Source: Amoebidium appalachense
Lineage: Eukaryota; Protista; Ichthyosporea
Assembly (NCBI GenBank): GCA_963693365.1
Contig: CAVNZM010000009.1
Coordinates: 8,227,408-8,291,407 of the forward strand
DNA: 64,000 nucleotides
Reading direction: 5' to 3'
Shown here: positions 25,617 to 64,000 of the stretch, one piece after another
Layout: the number at the start of each line of letters is the position of its first letter
How positions within the stretch are numbered: position 1 is the first letter of the stretch
Program-made: the position numbers and the translations under genes
Notes under the pieces: generated by a model
Databases searched by the model: none
Seen by the model: only the letters and a program-made list of their open reading frames with translations
What the model was told of the DNA's origin: nothing

Positions 25617-25793
25617 ACACACACACACAGGGCGCCCATTCTTGTAGCCATTGCGCTTGTTGAGAGTGGGGTGGAGCCAGAGGATGCTGTGAACATGATC
25701 CGAGCAAAGAGGCGGGGGGCAATCAACAGCAAGCAGCTGCGATACCTTCAGAAGTACAGGCCACGCGCAAAGGGCTGCTGCGTTATCCTGTAA
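22664..25793 (+). CDS. PTP4A: PRL / protein tyrosine phosphatase type IVA, 4 coding exons
   Basis: Exons 22664-22756, 23683-23775, 25059-25192, 25631-25793, all GT-AG and in phase. PRL hallmarks: [37 protein letters not shown]-loop [21 protein letters not shown]-terminal CaaX box CCVIL. Confidence 0.95.
24578..24826 (+). ncRNA. Putative structured RNA / dispersed repeat, full copy B (PRL intron 2)
   Basis: Homologous to 10511-10793(-). Stems CAGTATCTGAGTT/AACTCGGGTACTG and GACCTA/TAGGTC are compensatory relative to copy A. Confidence 0.5.
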
Positions 25794-25951
25794 ATTTTTT
25801 GTGTATGTATCTGTGTGTTTTAAGCTCTTGTGGTTTTATCTTTTTGTTTCATTTTTTGTTTCATTTTTTTTTTTTTTGTGGGTGGGGGGTGGGGGGGGGG
25901 GGGGGGGGGGGGGGGGGGGGCGGGGGGCACCCGATTGTTCATACGAATATC

Positions 25952-25982
<31 letters not shown>

Positions 25983-26523
25983 GACTGCTTTTCACGTTGT
26001 AACGGCTCACTCGCAATAGTACAATCATCACAACAGCCCTTTTCGATGCACGAGTCTTGAGATGGGCAGCGCACACGATTTCCCGACAATTGGTTGTGAC
26101 AGAAGAGCTAACATAATGGCACTGTAATTATGCAATACCTAGAGGGTTGCTGATGGAATTAATACTCCGATTAGCAAGTTATGATTAAAGACGGGGCCTC
26201 TTAGTTAAAGGCTCACCCCCTTCGTTTTATTTCTGTTGATTGCCTTTTTTGGGTATGAAATTGGTCAAATTTAATTATAAGTATAGGGGAGGGATGGGGA
26301 ATGGGGGGTGTTGGATAAAATACGAGTATTTGCAGAGCAATTTTGAGTGTGAATATTTTTTGACTGGTGTGGGCTCCATTAATAGCAACCCAGTACGCAC
26401 GAATGAACGACAATACATAATCTGGAGGTCTTAGAAATAAAAGTGCAATGTGGGATTGGATGTGTGTTGAGTGTTGATATGCACGTGTCTGCATCGATAT
26501 CCCCCCCCCCCCCCCTCCCCCCC

Positions 26524-26554
<31 letters not shown>

Positions 26555-26684
26555 ACACCCCACCCCACCCCACCCCGCTCCTCCCCCCCCTGCGGCCCAA
26601 GTCCCCCTCGGCCCAAAAAACGCACGGAAAAAGCCAAATTTAAAGGTAATAATAGAATGAACACAACCAAGCACTACCGGCAGA

Positions 26685-26719
<35 letters not shown>

Positions 26720-26980
26720 CCGCAGAATGATCCCTGAGGCTCGCCCAGTCCTCCTCCTTTCCGGGTCCCCCTCTCCTCCCCAGCCACCACACACACAAAC
26801 ATCAAAGCACACGGTGGCCGTGACACATTTTAAAATACACACACACGCACGCACGCACGCTCACACACACACACCGTGCACCGTGGCACATGTACACACA
26901 CACACACACACCGACACACACACACGCTACACATACACACGCACACACGCACACACACGCGCGCGCGCACACGCATACAT

Positions 26981-27035
<55 letters not shown>

Positions 27036-27128
27036 TGTCAAACACACACGCACGCACACGCACACGCACGACGCACACACACATACACACACACATACAA
27101 ACTTGTCAAACACACACGCACACGCACG

Positions 27129-27173
<45 letters not shown>

Positions 27174-27312
27174 AGCACAGCTCCCCCTCTGCAAGCTTGC
27201 AAGCGAATTCCAACGTTAACAGCTTCAGGGATGGGCCGGCCGGGCGGTGAGACCCGTCTCTTTGGCAACTCAGTGACTGTTGGTGGCCATGGTCCTTCCC
27301 CCTCCCCCCCCC

Positions 27313-27369
<57 letters not shown>

Positions 27370-28485
27370 CCCGCCCGCCCCACCTCCCCGCCCGTGCACC
27401 ACCACCCACCCACCCACCCACCATTTGTTGGACATCCAGTATGAACGGCTTCGTGCATTCACCTGATCTGGACGAAATCATGTCAGTGACGTCGTGTGCA
27501 GTACGCGGTACAATATGTATCTGGAAGTTCATGTGAAGATCAAATCAGCAAACACATGACATTGTAAACCGTGACTGTGACACACATACGCACGCACATA
27601 AACACATCACATATACTATTAAAGCATGTGCATGTATATAGTATGTACACACCGGGTCACATTTCGACCCTGGCTGTCAGAGACAGACATGGTGAGTGTA
27701 AACATGATGTCCGCTTTGCCACTTGTACATATGTACACAGACAACACACCTTTGCAGAAGAACGCCTACACGGAAGCAAAGGCGCATGTTTAAATGCTTC
27801 CATGATAATGGACCAACGCAAAACTGTAAAACCCTTGGTGGTACACTTTGCAGTTGAAGATCGAACCATGACATATCGATAGTTACCCCTGTAATTAACT
27901 TAGGCGACAACTTCCCCATCTTACATGCAATCAGTCGACTCCTACAAAAATAACACCCACAGTCACGCATGTATAAAGGTCGGCAAGCGTGATACGTGCA
28001 AACCAACGTGTGCTAACAAAATCATACCAATCACCACAACCGTTTATATGCCCATATATTGCCTTTTACATACAAGTCAATGCACCAGGCACAATTTTCA
28101 GAAGGCCAAAACCCACCCTCATCCCGTATTTTATGACCACAACATTAAATTTTCCTATTTTTTATGTTGTTTTGTATACCTATATAGCTACAAATAAACA
28201 TTAGCGCTATATGCTTCATAGTCACAACGGTTTTGGCAGGAAATACCAGGTCCCCGGGTGGAAAGAAATATCACGAGGCCCCCTCTCAGCCCGCAAACAT
28301 GAACGAACCCCCGGCCACAACACACAAGCACACACACCCATCCGCGCTCACATGCACCCCCTTCCCCCCCCCCCTCTCCCCCCCCCCCCCCCCCCCCCGC
28401 ACACACACAATCGCACACGCCTCCCCCCCCTCCCCCCCCCCCCCCTTCACAACACACACACTAGTTTCTAAGCTGCCCTTAATGC

Positions 28486-50374
<21,889 letters not shown>

Positions 50375-50586
50375 AAGTATGTGGTAGCAGGAAAAACCTC
50401 TACGCGCCCAGAAGCAATGTTCTGGTCACCGACCAGAAAGCAAGATGCGGGTCATGTACTGCTGAAATCCTTATCGCCCTTGTAGCAATACCTGCAACAA
50501 AAGCAGTGTAAGCATAGAGAAGGCGGGACATGTGCCAAGAGATGTGTTCCTGCAACACTTGCTACCCCTAACCCCCCCCTCCCCCC

Positions 50587-50617
<31 letters not shown>

Positions 50618-51288
50618 ACCAAAACAACGCCCTTCTCCCTGCTCCAACACCACCACAAGCCCGCCTTCCCTCCCCCCCCCACCCCACCTCCTCCTCCTCC
50701 CTCACCTGATCACGTGCACAAACGCAACCACCATAAACCCACGCCCCACACCCACACACCCCCCATCCCTCCCCTCCCCCCCCTCCCCCCCCCCCCCCCC
50801 TCCCCCGCCTCCCGTGCTTCCGTTTAACACAGACCTTGTGTACTCACAGACGTGGTCCGTAGGGCAGGAATGACCCACGCGGGCCTGGAATGGGCGAAAA
50901 AACGGGATTGAATAAACCCTTTTCGCTTGATCTGCAAGACTCGCAAGTCTACGCTGTTCAATGTGTGCGGACTCCTGCCTGTTCATTAAGATAACGTGAA
51001 AGGTAAGAGAACTTGGTGATAGACTAATATAAAGCGTGTGCGTGAACTATATAAACGAACCAGTGTACTTTTGAGAGGAACTGAACCGCTGCCACATAAC
51101 AAACAGAGCCCAGGTTTTTAGCACCTCTTCTTTGGTTCCAGCAGATGCAGATTATGTCAACCTATAACCGACACAGTTTCTAACGTTAGCGCTCTCAAGT
51201 AAACCGCACGGAACACATGTTCAACCCATCACAGGCCGTCAAGCACAAGCACCTACTACTGTCACCTTCACAGAGAGCACCGCTCGAG

Positions 51289-51395
51289 TGAGTCAGCTGA
51301 GGCTCGCAGGTGACGTCATGCGAACAAATGGCTCACCAAACACCTGCCATATAAGGCAGGTCTAGAAACGGACCAATCGATGCTTCCGCTGACGT
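51289..51395. promoter_or_regulatory. Candidate BCAS3 promoter motif cluster
   Basis: TGAGTCA (51289), CAGCTG (51294), TGACGTCA (51311), CCATATAAGG CArG box (51347), CCAAT (51373) and TGACG (51390) within about 110 bp, in microsatellite-free DNA upstream of the BCAS3 5' exons. Confidence 0.45.
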
Positions 51396-51916
51396 ATGTA
51401 GCACCCTCCGGCGGCAAACTGAAATTTCAAAACAACATTGCAACATGACAACATTGATGCCACAACAGTGACAACCCACAACCAACCAGCGGGCCTATTG
51501 TAACACTATTTAAGCCTATTATTCCTAATAGGCCTATAGAGCTCCCCCAAGGCCATCACGGTGCACCGTGCCCGCGGCCCTACTTCAAGGCTACTTGTCC
51601 CCCATTATAAACCATACGAGGGGAGAAAATAACGAGGGGCCGGAGGGGGACAAAACCCTGCTTTTGTGTGCCTTTTGATCTCATGAGAGAGCGTGATCAC
51701 GCGAGTAGTAGGGTTGCTGTGCATGAAAAACGGACACTGACGAACACACACACGGAGACGCCGGCCCACCCGCGGATCCTAGTGCTAGTCTCGGCCGTCT
51801 CGATTCCCCCAACTTGAAATTTAAATACCTCTTCCATACGAGATTTTCTAGATTTTTCAGTTCTCTGGAAAAGTGTGCCAGGCCTAGGAATTGCCTGTGT
51901 TGGGCATTATATATGG

Positions 51917-51981
<65 letters not shown>

Positions 51982-53289
51982 TCACTTTACCCTCCTCTCT
52001 TTCCAAGCCTCGGTATCACTACCGGTAGTGCTGTGCATGCATAGCAGTGACCCTACGTATACATATACCCGGGGGTTTACGCTGTTTACTCGAGGCAAAG
52101 AGAACCAGTCTCAGGTATGGGGGGGGGGGTTTTGCTCGGAATATCCCCTCAGCGGTATATCATGATCACGTACATAGATGTCGGGTGGTGACTATATATC
52201 AGGGTTTACTTTCTCTACGAGACACCATAAAGACTACCCTGGCGCAACGAATTCTACGACACATGCATATGTTCGAGCGAATATTGAATACGTACATAGA
52301 TAGTCATAGCACCGGCACCGGCACCAGTACCGGTATGACCCTTATGCGTGGTATTACACATGCACATGCCCCACACATATGCATAACACACGGTATCAGG
52401 GCAGTTGACCCTATTTCTTGGGCCATGTGTAGCTGTTTTGTGTGACGATTTTGCATGGCTTGCCAGTGTATATGTATGTGCACGATGATACATGCGTATG
52501 CATGCCATATGTCACCCGGGCCGATGGCATGATCGATACACTCCGCGCAACGTAGCCACGCAGACCAATATGGGCTCTAGCTGGCTTAGTAATATACAAG
52601 TATATTTGTGAATAAAGAATTTTGTTGAAAGGGGTTAATAGTAATAGAGAAAAAGAGAAATAAAACACTACTAACAACCAGGTACGCACTACGTGGCATG
52701 CGCAAATGCGGCGGCTTTGCAGCCTCAAACAGTAGTCACTGTGAGTGCTGTGTCCTTGCGGCCTCTTCTTCTTCTTCTTTTTTTTTTTTTTTTTTTTTTT
52801 TTTAACGAGTGAGTCGCGCGGCGACGGCTTGAGTATGTGAAATTCCAGCGCTGTGGTTTTAAGCTAGCAGGGGGGTCAATGTCTATACCAATCTATAGCT
52901 AGAAACCTCACCACGGGTACTGTGTTGACGATTCTGCCACCAGCCTAGGACTCGAGAAGAATTTATTGAAAGGTCGTGCACGTGCACCCTAGTTACTGAA
53001 CAGTAGATCTCAGGATTTAGCACGAGGGTGTGCACATGATGAATGTTGTCAAGTTCCAAGAAATAAAAGCTCAATACAAAAGCATTGTGAAGGCCAAACT
53101 CTGTTTATATCAAGTTACCGGTCCTGGGCTTTGCAAGAGCACACCACCACACCGCGATAGTATTCTGTCGAATATCAATGGTTGTGTACACCGTGACAAG
53201 AATGTGTCTTAATGAATTCATTCATAATAATCGCTCCCATTCTAGTTTTCTGCGTATACCTCCCGACGACTGCCGGCACCGGCTGGGTA

Positions 53290-53356
<67 letters not shown>

Positions 53357-53442
53357 GATGCTGTGGGGTAGGCAGATGTTATTATTCGGCCGGGAGGGGA
53401 GGGGGGTGGGTGGGGTGGGGGGAGGAATGGCCATGGGGAATA

Positions 53443-53486
<44 letters not shown>

Positions 53487-54007
53487 GGGGAGAGGGGAGG
53501 GGGTTAGGATGATACAGCATGGGAATGGCGAGAGGATCACGGAGAGAAAGGGGTGGGTGGGTGGGTGGGTGGGTGGGCGGGCGGGGGGGATATATGGTGG
53601 AGAGAATGCTGAAGATTGGGCCCCTCCCCATGAGAAGGGAAGGATGGGGGGGGTGTGGGGGGGGTGGGGGGAGGGAGAGGGGGGGGTGGGGGGGGGGGGG
53701 GGGGGGGGGGGATTCGTCTTTGAATCTGAGCTGAACTCCAGTGGTCATAATTTAGAACCTTAACGTATTATTCTTAAGGGCAAAGAGGCAGAAAACGGAA
53801 GAGTAGCCCCCCCCCCACCTCCCCCCCCCCCCCCCCCCCCCCCCCGCCCTCCTTCTCCCCCCCACCCACCCACCAACGCAACCTCCCCTCCCCCCTTCCC
53901 CGGGAAAGAAAAGGCACACCTTCATACGTCAGATCAGGCACATCTTTTCGATTCACTGCCTTGCCAATCATACAAAAAAAGGTTTGGTTTCTTATTTTTT
54001 TTGAATT

Positions 54008-54890
<883 letters not shown>

Positions 54891-55239
54891 AAGAGGGGGG
54901 AGGGGGACGGGAGGGAGAATAGGAGGGGGGGGGGGGGAGGGGGCAGAATTCAGGGGGGGGGGGGGGGGGGGAGGGGTTGCTATGTGTGTGTGTCTGTTTG
55001 TGTGCATGTGTGTACAGTGTGTGTGTGTGCGCGCGCGTATGCGTGCGATACTGTGCGTGTCCGTGTGTGTGTGTGCGTGTGTGAGTGCGCTCATGTGTGT
55101 GTGTGTGTGTGTATCCCTCTGCCTCAAGTCAGTGATGAATGTTTTGTAAATTGCTCTTTTTCGAGACATTTTCCACACCACCGTCCTATGGTGTATACCT
55201 AGCTCACTGCTCAGCAATCAGGGCATCGGTCCACCAATA

Positions 55240-55321
<82 letters not shown>

Positions 55322-55337
55322 GTACACACACACACCG

Positions 55338-55452
<115 letters not shown>

Positions 55453-55599
55453 CACACACAACATTCGTACATACAACACAAACACACACAACTCACATGT
55501 GCAACACGCACACAGCAGCACGTTCAGACACAGCACATACGCACATGTACATAAGACACATAAGCACACACAACACATCGTAGTGCGGGCCGACATCTA

Positions 55600-63965
<8,366 letters not shown>

Positions 63966-63967
63966 AA

Positions 63968-64000
<33 letters not shown>

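Noticed and set aside
27455-27532. IHIVPRTAHD peptide on the minus strand resembling a HIT-family motif
   Set aside because: No upstream exon supplying HxH or other HIT motifs could be found; probably chance or UTR sequence.
50702-50986. 94-aa ORF as the BCAS3 first coding exon
   Set aside because: No homology. The ATG at 50374 gives a phase-compatible, BCAS3-like N-terminus, so this is more likely 5'UTR or a uORF.

Overview
Eukaryotic (opisthokont-like, possibly unicellular holozoan) genomic DNA with extreme densities of poly-G/poly-C tracts and (CA)n/(GT)n microsatellites, so most ORFs in the supplied track are artefacts. Manual exon tracing supports four genes: a CBM21 glycogen-targeting PP1 regulatory subunit (+), a 10-exon LARP7-type La protein (-), a 4-exon PRL/PTP4A phosphatase (+) and a roughly 21-exon BCAS3 homologue (-). 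Also present are two TIR-bounded MITEs, several minisatellites, and a decayed tandem array of coding-like units at 55.6-64 kb that contains a frameshifted, giant-virus-like nuclease-domain fragment. The best novelty candidate is a 250-280 nt element found three times, always intronic and sense to its host gene, whose two full copies show compensatory base changes in nested helices plus a predicted pseudoknot. All coordinates and alignments were made by eye; no searches were run.
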